From: Catajapyx aquilonaris
Taxonomy: Eukaryota
NCBI GenBank assembly: GCA_000934665.2
Contig: JYFJ02000808.1
Span: 1-64,000, forward strand
Direction of reading: 5' to 3'
DNA length: 64,000 bases
Part shown: positions 35,035 to 48,004 of the stretch, one piece after another
Numbering within the stretch: the stretch's first letter is position 1
How the letters are laid out: each line of letters starts with the position of its first letter
Made by a program: the position numbers and the translations under genes
The notes under the pieces: model-generated
Databases searched by the model: none
What the model was told of the DNA's origin: nothing
Seen by the model: only the letters and a program-made list of their open reading frames with translations

Positions 35035-38000
35035 ATGGCGTCCGTGGGAAGAGCAGAAGAAGAGGAAGAAGAGGGAAACAATCCTGGCAGCGCCTCTGGC
35101 CTCTTCGAGCGAGGATTCCAAACGCACCTTTCCCTTCGGGACTGCAAGGATCCCACGAGCAGCGAGCAGTACCAGGTGATAAAGCCACCGATGCAATCGG
35201 AGAGGTCGCACTGGGTATTAGACGTTTGTTGCCAATACTGGTGTGACATGTTTGGAACCAGCCATTTTTGAAGCTCAACTTGACATCGTGTGAAATTACC
35301 GCAGAACATTCTGCACACACTATAGCCATTTACTGCTGATAACAACAACTGTCCAGATAGCATCAGCTTCTGGCAAAATTAGTGGCTATTAGTTAAATAA
35401 TTAGAATTATTGGAATATTTGATATTGGTTAGAACATAATTAGAACTATTTGATATTAGTTAGAACATAATTAGAACTATTTGAATAGTTACTAGTGGTT
35501 AAATTTGAACTACTAGAAAATTTGATATTTGTGTTAATAGAATTAGAACTGTTAGAATAGTTACTATTAGAATAGAATTAAGCCGCGTTTACATGTGAGC
35601 GATTTGATGAACGAAGTCTTCGCCGAGCAATAACATCGCTGAGTAACCCGAGTAACCGATATTGTTTGAGGTGAAAGTAACAATCGATTTTCGCCTCAAA
35701 CAATACTGGTTATGCAGCAATGTTATCGCTCGGCGAAGACATCGCTCGTCAAGTCGTTTACGTGCAAACGCGGCTTTAGAACTACAGTATTAGAATATAA
35801 TATTATTACAACTACAGCAGAACCCCTGATTATCTGCCCTAGGTTTATCCGACTCCTCGAATTATTCGAATCCAACCATCCCGCTCCAGCAATATAATTA
35901 TGTTTTTCTCCTCAAATACTGTAATGTACAGTACTATGCATCTGTTTGTATTGCCTGATTTAAACTGTAAATACAGTAAAGTGTAAATGTAAAAGATAAA
36001 TACTTCACTGTTTCTTAGAAAACCATAATAGTGTACATTATTTTTCATGTTTTTATGTTTTTTGTTGTGTTTTGTTACATTTTTTTTTTTTTTTTTGCTA
36101 CTTGGATTATCCAACCTTTTTTGTGTTCCGACCATGCCCTGGTCCCGTGGGTGATGGATAATCGGGATACTACTGTTTTGTAACAGTTACAATAATTGCT
36201 ATGAAACTATTTCATTTATTAGTAGGATTACATATTATTGCCAGAAGACTTAATTAATGTTCTTGGGCCTTCCAGGAGAAGCTTCATAGCTGCATCCGTC
36301 AACTTGAAGATGCAACTCGAGAAGTCTCGCTGCTGGATGTGTTTAGTAGCAATGAATCTGTGGATGAAGTTGCTACTGGAGATTTGAAGTTCTTCCTGCT
36401 TCCGTCTCTCCTGGGTTCGTCCACACTAAGCTTAACCGCAGGGGAGAGGAAAGAATTATTGGATGCAGCGGAAACATACTTTCAAGACTTTTTATCCAGA
36501 TGTCGTGTGTATAGAATCACTGAGTCTGAGTGGAAGGCAAAGGAGGATCCTGGAAATGATGTGATCAAGGCAACAAAATCCCGGGAGGAGAAAGTACGCC
36601 GCTTTCGTGAAGAAAAGCGTCTTGAGGAGGGTTTAAAAGCACTCAAGGCGTGGACGGATGAGGAGACCCGAAGGAAGTACTACCTGACCCTGATCCAAAG
36701 ACATGTCCTGAGTGCACTAGAAGAACTGGATTCAATCCATTCCGAAAGGCCACTGCTGGAGCATATGGCCAGGTTAAAAGGCGGTCAAGAGGAACCTAAA
36801 AAGGAGAAGAAGAAGGTGGCTCCATTTAAACCAGTCATTATTACACGTAACGAAGCACAAAAGAAGGTGTTTGGAGCTGGTTATCCGTCTCTAGCTGTGA
36901 TGTCCATAGAGGATTTTTATGACAACCGCGTCAAGGAGGGCATGTACGTATCGAGTAATAATTGGAGGTATTACTGCATATTAATGCTACTGCCTGTTTA
37001 TAGCAGAATTTAGCCTTTCCATGAAGATATTCTGCTATGAACAGGTTTTTGTTGTTTGATGCCCACATTGTGTGGTGGGTCTGGCTTGCTACCCCTGTTG
37101 TGATAAATAATTGAGGCATTGACATGGAAAAGGTCACAAGTCACATTGAGAAATGTGCCACGAAAAGAAAAGAAAGTAGCCTACATTTAAATACAGTAAA
37201 ACCTGGATATAATGCTCCTGCATTCAATGCTTTCCCGCACCTGTTTTCCGGTCCCTTCATCATTTCCATAAGTTAAATTTTCCTGCATATAAGGCTATCC
37301 CGCTTATAACACTACTTTTGGGTGGTCCCATGAAGAGCGTTACATCGAGGTTTTACTACAGGGTGTACAAAAAAGAATATCGGGGTTTCATGTGGTCATT
37401 GTGGCTCAGGAAGTGGCTGTAGAAATATGAATCCTACGTGAGATGAAGAGCAAGTTTTAAGGATTCTTATGGGACGCCCCCCTCTCTCGGTCACGTGACA
37501 ACCCCACTTTTCAAACATGGCGTCTCCAGAAAGGGTTTTGTGTCCTGCAGTTCGCGAAGTGCAAATTTGTAGTTACTGTACAGAGGGCGTTCCGGCGACA
37601 ATTTGGAGGTGATCCCCCATCCGACAACAACATTCGGCGGTGGTACAACCAGTTCCAAGAGACCGGGTACCTCTGCAAAGGCAAGAGTATGGGACTCCCT
37701 GGCGCTTTCCACTTTGTCTTCTGACACACGCGGGCTTCCCGTACTTTTGCCTTTGCAGAGGTACCCTGTCTCTTGGAACTGGTTGTACCACCGCCGAATG
37801 TTGTTGTTTGATAGGGGATCACCTCCAAATTGTTGCCGGAACGCCCTCTGAACAGTAACTACCGATTTGCACTTGCGAACTGGAGGATACAAAATGCTTT
37901 CTTCTCTGGAGACGCCATGTTTGAAAAGTGGGGTTGTCACGTGACCGAAAGAGGGGGAACAACTTTGGCACGTCCCATATGAATCTTTGAAACTTGCTCT

Positions 38001-38815
38001 TTCATCTCACGTAGGATCCATATTTCTACAGCCACTTCCCGAGCCACAATGACCACATGAAACGCCGATATTCTTTTTTGTACACCCTGTATTAAACTCA
38101 TAAACTGCTTTTACTTTCACTCTTCATGACTCTCTAACAAATCCAACAATAAGAAATATTTTGGGTAATAAAATCTGCTTCAGGGTGTTCTCAAAACTGG
38201 GTTTTTTGCCTAGCCCCTGTAAAAAATATTATTTGTGACTTCCCATGTCAACCCTCAATTATCTCAAAAATGGTAGTCATTAGAAAACTTAGCAGTGACA
38301 TTTGTATGATAATTATATTTTATAGTTCCTGTAATTATATCAAACAGTATCATGCCGTGTTTAAACGTGAGCACTTTGCCAAACTCAGCGACTGCCACAG
38401 CAGGAAGTAAGCAAGTCATTGTTTGAAATAATATCCAACAATTTTTCAACAATGCTGAGTTTTGATGAATCCAATTGTTTGATTGTTTGGGGGTTAAAAT
38501 ATATGTTGCTCCAAACAATTGGATTCATTGCTGAGTGAATTGCTCACATGTAAATGTGGCCTCCTGGTTGGTGAGCAGAGTAGCAGTAATGTCTTGCCCA
38601 TTTTTAGATTCCCTGACAAGCAGCAGAATCAAGTTAGTCTACAGGACAAGGCCAACGATGTGGAGGCAGCCGAAGCTGCGAGAGACTCGGAAGAAGCAAA
38701 GGCAGAAGAAGTCGCGGAGAGAGATGATCCTGCCGAACTGCAGAAAGCGAGAAGCAAGGACGATTGGAAAGACACGCATAAAAGAGGCTACGGAAACAGA
38801 TACAACCGCAGCTAG
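35035..38815 (+). CDS. IGBP1: Immunoglobulin-binding protein 1 / alpha4 / TAP42 (PP2A regulator), ~338 aa; exons 35035-35175, 36276-36943, 38608-38815
   Basis: TAP42 motifs FSSNESVDEVATGDLKFFLLP, REEKVRRFRE, KKVFGAGYPSLAVMSIEDFY and C-terminal DDWKDTHKRGYGNRYN. GT-AG introns with compatible phases; total 1017 nt. Confidence 0.93.
35581..35775. mobile_element. Fold-back PIF/Harbinger MITE in IGBP1 intron 1, inserted in a degenerate TTAGAA-based tandem repeat (~35385-35810)
   Basis: TTA|AGCCGCGTTTACA ... TGCAAACGCGGCT|TTA; inner arms TCTTCGCCGAGC / GCTCGGCGAAGA and TATTGTTTGAGG / CCTCAAACAATA. Confidence 0.8.
37194..37358. mobile_element. pogo/Tigger-like MITE directly abutting the mariner fold-back element
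   Basis: TA-CAGTAAAACCTGGATATAA ... GTTACATCGAGGTTTTAC-TA. Confidence 0.6.
37359..38089. mobile_element. Fold-back Tc1/mariner derivative; both arms carry the 5' end of a transposase (DUF4817-like HTH). Located in IGBP1 intron 2
   Basis: TA|CAGGGTGTACAAAAAAG ... CTTTTTTGTACACCCTG|TA. The ~335-bp arms are reverse complements, each encoding a damaged MASPEKKAFCILQFAKCKSVVTVQRAFRQQFGGDP...NIRRWYNQFQETGYLCKGKSTG. Confidence 0.9.
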
Positions 38816-39500
38816 TAATTAATAAAAAAATGATTGTTGCAGAGACGCTTGATAATTTCTTTGTAGTTTTGTAACGTTTGGCGTCTGAAGGTCATTAAAC
38901 TGTTCTTATCTACACACTGTGGATAAGCGAGTATCAGGCAGCAGCAATAATTTTGTTTTACTACCGGTACAAGAAACTGCTCCCAAAGGTCAAGATTAAT
39001 GCGACTGGCAGATAAATATGACTCATCTTGCTTTCGGGACTATTTCTTCTGTCACATGATGCTTGTGTCACTCATTCTCCCCAATAATTATACGGTTCAC
39101 CAACACGTCCAAAGTCCAGATGGGACATTCAACTTCGTGACTAATCCCTGGAGCAATCAGCGCTAATCCAGTTAAGGTGCAGCATTGTTTCTGCTATAAC
39201 CATAATCATAGATCAGCTTAGATAACAAATTATTATAACATGGCCCTGCACTTGTTAGGCTGGTTTGCTCATTTGGGTGCCCCTGGAGTTGCCGTGACCC
39301 ACACCACAGCTATCTAATCTCTTGTGACCTAGATTTTTTTCCTCTCAGCTGTGTGTGAAAGCCTGAGATCATTAACAAGGTCCGCCATATTACCTTGCTC
39401 TCTCTCTCTCTCTCTCTGTTGTGATATGGAAACAGTATAATAGCGTGGGTTCCGCAATATTTGGCGCATCACTTCTTGGCACCACTGCACATACATATTG

Positions 39501-41402
39501 ATGGGAACGATGGAGGACGGAGTGGAATGTTTTGAGGACAAGAATGGAGTGTACTTTGAGAATCAGCAGGTGAGCACACTATCAGAGTTTTTGTTAATAT
39601 GCGTTGAAGGTGCAGGGGATATCTGAAGCACGGGATTGCTTGACATTGACATCGCAATGTTGATAATGCGCAGTGTTGATGTATACAAGCAATGTGACCT
39701 ACTTATGGCTAGGCTAAGTGTTGGAATACACTTAAAATGTACGCAGCTCTTGGGTTAAGTAGCAAATGATACCCCATTAATTATGCTGATATTGCGGGAA
39801 CAGTATAATGAATACAGTGACAAAATTAATTTCCATAACTGAGCGTTTGATGCTAATTTCCTACCACTGCATTTTGTACCATGCTATTTTTTGCGCAGGA
39901 TTCTCAATTTATATTGGTTCAATTTAGACGTGACCGTGTTTTTCCAGCTCTTCTACACAGCGCAGAATTGCCACCAGATTCCGCCTATGCTGGGAATGGT
40001 GTTTGGATCGCGGACAAAGCGCCTGGACCTTAGCTACTGCGCCTTGACGACATTGTCAGGTCTGGAGAAATTTGGGAAACTGGAGGAGCTGGTACTGGAT
40101 AACAACCATTTGGGAGACACCTTTGCTTTTCCATACCTGCCCAATTTGCATACGCTCTCGCTCAACAAGAATAAGGCTAGTTATGTGTTCAACTGTGTTG
40201 ATCAGTGCAGCACTCACTTGAGATATACTGCCCAAGATGGTTTTACAAATTGAGACAAACCATGACATCTAGCTGCCACTTTCCAGATATCAGACGTGGA
40301 CGTCCTCATAGACAACATCAGCCCTTGCTTCCCCCACCTCCGCTTCCTAAGCCTGCATGGGAATCCTGCCTGTCCTGATGAGCTCTCTGGCAGAGAGGAC
40401 GAGGATGAGACTGACTACGAGAGGTATCGCTGCCACGTTCTGCACCGCCTGCCCAAGCTGGAGTTCCTTGACTCCAGAGCGGTGTCGAGTAAGGAGAGGT
40501 TAGAAGCCAGAAGAGTGGGAGCCTTTGCCCGTGTCGTCAAGCCAGATCCTGCTGCCATTGTGGTGAGAGAATACATGTCACCTCTTGATGTCACATTCAA
40601 TGCTTCTGTGGTGTTTCACAGAGCGAAACTGTACAGTTAAAATTACAAAAAAAGGACAGGAAATATCAGAGTTGTCCTTATTACCTTGATATTTATTGAA
40701 CATTTGTACTGTTTGTGAGTTGATGTAACATTAATTTTTTGCAAACTGATATACCGTATTTGATTGTATAGTATAATAGACGCATGGTCATATAAGACGC
40801 ACCCCTATTTCAGCAGATCATGTTCAGTAAAAAAAGGTCTTAATTCATTTTCGCATAGTAAATAAAAATCCTCCAACTGAAATGAAAATGGTAAAACTCA
40901 TACCGTATGCGTAACAGTTTTTAAATGTAATATGGTTGGAGCAGGTGCATATGTTAAAGAATAAGTAAAGGTATGTCATGTATATTTTGGGCACTTTCAT
41001 TTAAAGTTTGCACAAAATAAAATAATGCAACTATAATTAATACATACACAGCACTTATTATTTTGTGTACAGTACATTGTTTTTGGAATAAATTATTAAT
41101 CCATGGTCACCAATTAGGTTGGTGATTCTTTGCAGGAGAATGGATCTGGAATGACCAGCGACACCCTGATTCAGTCGCCATACTCTCCACTGCCTAATTC
41201 AGGATTCACAGTCGGACAGCACCAAGGTAATAAATATCCCCGTTTATTGTGCAATTAGTTTTTCTCAAGCATTGCGCAAGTCACAGCCATTTATTGTAAC
41301 ACTGTTCTCTCTTATTTTTCAGGCGCATTTGGAAAATGCCGCTACAGGTACTCGGGAAAGCATTCAGAAGGAAATCGCTTCATCAGAAACAGCGACTTGT
41401 GA
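39501..41402 (+). CDS. LRMDA: Leucine-rich melanocyte differentiation-associated protein (C10orf11 homolog), ~247 aa; exons 39501-39569, 39948-40175, 40287-40562, 41136-41226, 41323-41402
   Basis: LRRs (LDLSYCALTTLSGL, LEELVLDNNHL, LHTLSLNKNK, LRFLSLHGNPACP), LRRcap YRCHVLHRLPKLEFLD, YSPLP and the family C-terminus GKCRYRYSGKHSEGNRFIRNSDL*. AATAAA signals near 41554 and 41564. Confidence 0.9.
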
Positions 41403-42392
41403 CCATATTTTTCAAACTGGCCATCCTGTTGTCTTCCGCCCTCATGGCATGCTTTTTATTTCATTGAAGTCTAATTGACGCATCAGCGAAAAGTTGATGA
41501 TACAGAATTGACAGTTTCAGAGACTCAACTTGAACGAAACCAAAGTTTGTATGTAATAAACCAAATAAACATAATAATGTGCTAGATCATTGAGTGTACT
41601 TATTCTGTATTTGCAACTTTTCATGAACAAGATAGTGCAAAAATTTTCCTTATTTTCTAGGCACTCCTTGCTGTACATTTCAGGTTGTTTTTTTTTTTTA
41701 ATAAGTTTTTCTCAATCATACTGCACGCTGCAAATAATTTTGCATAATTGAAGGCAAATCATGGTAAAATTTGTAGTGGTTATGTCGTGGCAAGGCCGTT
41801 GGTTGTTTCAAGCAAAAAAGGAGTTCGCAATGCCAAGTACTAGGAAAGTGAATTACATCAAGTACAGTACTGTATTTAAAAAAAAACTGAAAAATCCAGC
41901 AATTGTCGCCTATTTCCAACACTACATCACGTCGTTTCACTAAAGAACAACCGCAAATAATAAACCCCGTATTTTTACATGCTTCTAAATTAACACATTT
42001 AATTGCTAACGGACTTTAAAATATTAACCAAATGCATAAATTACATTACAGCAGCTAGAGCAGCTAGCAGCTACTTGTTGAAATAACTGCTTATTTTGAA
42101 CTGCGCACTTTCTGCTGCTTGCAACGCATATTTGTACTTTTTTCGTAACCATAAACAGATTTACATCACTGCAGAAACAAACTCCGTCCTCGACGTTGAC
42201 TCTTCATGCGTCAGCCAGTTCCTCGGATGGGTTTAGAACTAGTTAGAACGGGTTCGCATTTTAGAACATGTTACCCCCCCCCCNCCCCCCCCCCCCCCCC
42301 CTCCTAACCGCTACGTTCAATCCGGCCCGTACGATCCAACGGCTTGAAAGGACAAAAAAAAAAAGAAAAAAAAGTTTCTTTCATTCTCCAAA

Positions 42393-45300
42393 ATGGCGGA
42401 CGTCGTTGGGGTAATACATTTTCCTGGGTCGTTTTTGAAGCGCATTATTTTAATTTTTGGCTCGATTTCGAGGCCTTTTCGAGGGTCGCTGGCCAAGGGG
42501 TTAGGGTGGGGTTGATTTTCGAAGGGAGCCCAGTTGGATGGGGGTCTGGAAGTTGGGATCGGGGAGGTGACCTTTTGTTGTCCCCAGTTTTTGCGCCATT
42601 TTTGTGGAGCCTCTCCGTTTGCTGCAGGGTTTTTATTTTAATCGTGATGATTTTTTTCGTGTGCGCTTTGCAGAATTGCAGGATGGAGAAGGACGAGGAG
42701 GAGGAGGACGAGGACATAGAGGCCCTGAGGATGGCAGCTTTGCAGAGCATCCGGACCAGGAAGCTTCATCAGGTCCCTTCATATCCAAGAACGGTAATGA
42801 GACGTTGCGATGTGGGGGAGGGGGCTTAGATTTGTTGCATGTGCGGTGATTGGGACAGGGTCAGGTGCGCTTAAGACATGCACACGATGACAGACTGAAA
42901 GCGACATGAAGCGTCAAAAAATTTGCCTTCATCTAATACCAGACGACATGAAAAACCAATAATATTCAGTATGGGTATTTGGAATCACGAAATTGCTGAT
43001 TTCCCTCAGTCAGCGGCAGATATCGTATTCGGCGCCATAAAGACGCACCCCCATTTCAGCAGATCATATTCAGGAAAAAAGTTTTTAAGTGTGTTTTCCT
43101 AGGGGTAAATAAATCACTCGGCAGTTGAACGTACAACGTGAGCCCGGACTTGGCACCTTATACCGTACAACTAGCCCTATCATGGGGTAAAATAAATAAA
43201 AACAATAAAATGAAATTATACCGTACAACGAACCTGATGAGTGATTTACCCCATGGATTTTATGCACATAAGACAGTTTTTTGAGCAATTTTTGGGGAGG
43301 AAAAGAGCATCATATGCCGTCAAATACGGTAATCCATAAGCGTGCAAAATTTCAGCTGGGAAGTACCGGAAGTAGCTTGGACATACAGGCTAACATTTCC
43401 ATTTATGAGTATTTAATTGCAGTTAAAATTTTGCCAAGTTCCTGCTGCGGCCAGAGCCTAGGGTAGTAGTTGCCCTATGTTGATGTCAGGCACAAAATTT
43501 TGTACCAATGCAAATGTACTATATCGCTCAAAAAGATGGAGACGATTTTGCATTGAAACCAAATGCACAATCGTTTCCATTTATTTTTTTTGAGCGATAT
43601 AGTACATGTGCAGAAAAAGGAAAAATTTGCATGAATAATTTTTGCCACTTTGTTGAAAAAATGGAAATGCTGAAATAATGTGAGAAAAGTGATACAAGCC
43701 ACACATTTGCAGAAGAATAATCTTGTCAAAGTCACTTGTAAAATGTAATCACAATCTATCCAGAACCAACCTTTACTTTTATAGCCCACGTACATTATTT
43801 ATTGCAAGAGAAACACAGCAGAGGTAATATCCATGAAAACCTGTCGAGTTGTGGACAGAGTTTGCGAGAATCAAAGGCTGATCCCTCCGATTTTTGGGCG
43901 ATCTAATCTGTGCTTCTGAAAATTCCACCTCCAACTTGTTACGAGTATTGCGTGAGTAGTATTGATCAATCTTCATTGTGATCATTCAAAATTAATGCTC
44001 CAAAATCAATGCGGTTACCAGATTGAACATAGCGGAAGCCAGGCAACGTGGTGCACAGCAGGTAAATGATGGCCAAAAATAGCATGTAATTTGTAGTTGT
44101 TACTTTGATTGCCAGACACAGCATCTCTGATCAACCAATCAATACGACATTGACGTATACTCGAGACGCTTTTTTTCCCCCAGCAGGAATGTTTTGTTCA
44201 AGTTTAGAAGGGTTTTAAATTTCACTGTTCTCAAATAATCATAATGTTATACAGCATTTTAAAGAATTTAAATGCATTTAGTATGGTATGAACTATGGAG
44301 CAGTAAATGTGGCAAGATCACCATAATCCGAGGCATATAAGACGCACTTGTCCCCCCCAAAAATTGCACGAAAAATTGCATTGCGTCTTATACAAAAATG
44401 CACTAAAGACTTTTTTCCCCAGAGTATGATCTGCTGAAATGGGGGGTGCGTCTCATATGCCGTCAAATATGAAAATTGCTCATCTGAAATTGACGGTGAT
44501 TGAACAGTATTGTTGAAGAGTTTTTTTTGCGTCCACAGTGACTATTGGAAGCAGATTGAAATGGATGTTAGAGTATTTGCTAATGACTGTGGTTTATTTC
44601 CAGGTGTTTCAGCGTCACCAAGCAAACACGAACCTTATTGCCATCGTCCCAGTCACGGACGACTCGCCTCCACCTCCAAAACAGTCTGCCGCTCCGTTCA
44701 GGCAGTTTCCACCTTACAACAACCTCAATTCCAAGAGGGTGAACAACAATGGATGTCTGGCATCCATAGCACCTCGTGAGATGAAGAGTGCTGGGAGTTC
44801 ACTAGTGTCAGCCCAGCAGCCACTGAAGCTCGTCCTGCCGCAGGATAGGTATTGCAAGCTTGACAGCAACACCAAGTCGGGGAACAGTCCAGAGAGGGCC
44901 AAAGGTAAATTAAATCACATGGTATTTCCATGAGGGTAATAACATGGATTTGAACTGCAAATTATGTGATTGTTGTACTGTTTCTAGTTCCTGCCAAATT
45001 CCTCCGGGTTGAAGACTCAGACAGTGATGAAAGTGATGAGTCTGAATCGGAAGCAGAGAGTGTGGCCAAGGAGAGCAAGAAGAGCGACGAGGAGGTTGAG
45101 GAAGAGAAGAATTGTGAAAGTGCAAAGACTGAAAGTGATGTGGAGGAGGATTGTGTGTTAGGACAGGACGAAAGTTTCGAGAAGCTCTTGGACGAGCTTC
45201 AGACTGATCTCCAGGATTCAGAGAAGCCTGAATCCAAGCCAAGTGGTGAACCGGTGAGCTCTAAAAAGTCCAGGACTAAGAGGAAACGTGGGAAGGGCAG

Positions 45301-48004
45301 GCGGTCTCCCTCTCCTGCGCCCTCTGGAAACACAACACGAACTCCCAGCCTCAGTCCCTCACCAGACAGGAGTGGTCGCAGATACAAATCACCGCTCCGG
45401 GTGGTCAACTCAAGTGACACCAAGAGTCCTGGTAGTGACAAAGGAAGTCCCGGGCAGGATAAGAAGAGGCGGGAATCACCAGACGCTAGTAGGGCCTCCT
45501 TGGATGTAAAGAAGAGACGACAAAGACGATCACCAGATCGCTTTTTGAAGAGGTCGCGATCCAGGTCGAGATCCAGATCTCCTGATCGATTCACTAAGAA
45601 GTCATGGTCACGATCCCCGGACAGATACAACCGGACACCTCCAGAGAGGTTTTCCAAGAAATCGCCTGACAGATATGCCCGAAAGTCAGCTGAGAGATAC
45701 GTGAATAGGTCGCCTATCCGGAATATGCGATCACGCTCTCCTGATACAAAGAGGTCATGGTCCAAGTCGCCTGCACGGAAGCTGAGGTCACGCTCTCCGG
45801 AGACGAAACGGTCTAGGTCACCTGATCGCTTTGGGCAAAAGGCGACTGATAGATTTACAAAACTGTCACCGGACAGGCACCGAAGCTCCCCTAAAGTACC
45901 TCGGAAATCACCCAAGAACTCACCCAGCACCAGGCCAGCGAGGTCACCCGAGAGGAAAGTTGCCAAGAAATCACCGGAATCGCATGGGATATCACAGAAC
46001 AACCTTCCAAGCCCAGACCGAGAGAAGCTGGAAGCAAGGCGACGGAAGTTCGAGTCCGCAGTCATACCCTCCTCCCGCACCAAAATATCTCTCAAGGCCG
46101 TCAAGGCAGCCCCTCCCTCGGAAGTGCCTGAAAACGGTGAGAGCGGTGCCCTTCATGATCGGGCGGACAGTCCCGATTCAGACTCTGAGAGTGAATCCCG
46201 CTTTAAAAGTGCGTCTGGAGCCTCGGTGGTGAAGAAAACGAGGGTGGTGACTGTGCCCTTCCAGACGTTAGTGCCCTCTGTACGCCCTGCCCCAACTCCT
46301 GCTCCTTCAGTTGCGAGGCAGATTGGTCTGGTATCGTCACCAAAGAAGAAGAAGAAGAAGAAGTCGGAGCGGAAACGGAGGGTGACTGAGGTCAAGGAGA
46401 AGGTCGGGAAGGCGGATTGTGAAGAAGGTAAGCACAGCACACCTATCTGGGATGTTATTCGTCATCTGGTGGAGTTAGCTGAGGATTAATTAAATTGTTA
46501 GTAGAGCAAATTAATTGTGTATATTGAACTTGTTACAGTGAATACTCCACCTGAAGTTGACTTGAGGACGGAGCTGAAGAGGCGGAAAGCGGAACGGACA
46601 GGACGGGTAAGTTCTTTTTAAGAAATATTAGTATGCCGGATTATAAAAACATGCCATTCTTTGCAAAACTTAGACGCATGTAAGCATGGCATTAATTTGT
46701 AATGGGATTAGTATATAACGGCACATTACTTTTTCCAGAAGAACCAGCGGATTGATCCGGACAACAATGCGCACTCGGCCAGGCTCATGCAGTCAGCATT
46801 ACGAGGGGTTGTTGGCAGGTCAGTTGCAATTTTAAAAGGGAGCACATTGAGTTTGACAGAATGTTTAATCACATTCCGGTTACAGGTTAAGTGTCAAGCG
46901 CCGGCCCGACAAAGCCTTAGAAGAGAAGAAGCGGAAGACTGCGGTGGAGAAAGGTAAGTTGCTTTGTTGCGGCTGTCTTTGATAGGACTTAACGCACAAT
47001 GCTTCTTGCAGAGGTGGCGCTGGACGAGAGGAGGGTCCTGCTGCTGAACTCGGACGAGGTGGAGGAGAAGCCCAAGGATGGATCGGTCTCCTCGCTGAGC
47101 ATCACCATATCCAAAGGTGATTGCCAAGGACCTACCGTACCTGACGGCCATAATGAAGGTGCCAGGAGAACTGGAGACGGAGGTAAGGCCTCTGAATATG
47201 CCTTTGCCATGTGAGTGCAGTCGTACCTCGTACTTCGGACGATCTTGAGTTTGAACTCACTTTGTCTTCTGGGAAAAGGTTGTTACATTTCTTTGGGAGA
47301 CATATTGACATTTTGTCGGACTTCTATACGTTTTATTCATTTTTTGCCAACGCACAGATAATTCGCCACACAGACAATCTCCGCCCCGATAATTGGGGTT
47401 ACAGTGTATTTTTGTCTTGAATTATGTTGTGTTTGCTGTTTAATTGTATCGAAATGGGTATTAGTGTCTGGGAATTGATTAATTCACTTTCCATCATATC
47501 TTATGGTGACAATATTGATTTGGGCTTCGAACAATTTGGAGTTCGAACTGCTTCCTGAGATGAATTAAGTTCAAAGCACGAGGCACCACTTTATTTGCTG
47601 ATTTAAGTTTATCGAAATGGGTATTGTTTAGGAATAATGCACTTTCCATTGTTTTTAATGTGGTAAATTTATTCAGATGTCGAACAATTTATACTTCGAA
47701 TGGCCGCCTGAAATGAATTACATTCTAAGCGACCACTGTAGCTGGTACTGTTTTTTTATTGGCTCGACTCATGCAATAGCGCATGTCTTTTTCGTCTCTT
47801 GAAGGGGATGGGAATCCAAAGAGCGTGTGGCGTCTGCCAGTGCACCTCCGCCTGGGTCAACCAGTGAATCCTGCTTCGTCTTGCGCACCAACCCTGTCAT
47901 CTTCTGTGGTGATGGCTCCCCAGACGGACCAAGACGGAGGAGGAGGGCAGGCCACCAAGCAACGTATCAAACTCAAGAGGAACGCCCTTCGAGGGAAGGA
48001 ATGA
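42393..48004 (+). CDS. Uncharacterised Ser/Arg- and Ser/Pro-rich protein, probably nuclear, ~821 aa; exons 42393-42410, 42674-42793, 44604-44904, 44988-46427, 46539-46606, 46739-46818, 46886-46953, 47012-47182, 47805-48004
   Basis: CAAAATGGCG start context. Nine exons joined by GT-AG introns in compatible phases (2466 nt). Acidic N-terminus EDIEALRMAALQS, RS/SPDR repeats, poly-K stretch, and short motifs ARRRKFES, VDLRTELKRRK and PVHLRLG. Family not recognised. Confidence 0.8.
43023..43329. mobile_element. pogo/Tigger-like MITE family; related partial copies at ~40753-40840 and ~44330-44470
   Basis: TA-(C/T)CGTATT...ATAAGACGCACCCC..TTTCAGCAGATCAT head and ATATGCCGTCAAATACGG-TA tail are shared among the three loci. 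Confidence 0.6.

Noticed and set aside
45199..46104. 301-aa antisense ORF, and similar shadow ORFs over Pitx (9994-10563) and rootletin
   Set aside because: By-products of the low-complexity or GC-rich codon usage of the real CDS.
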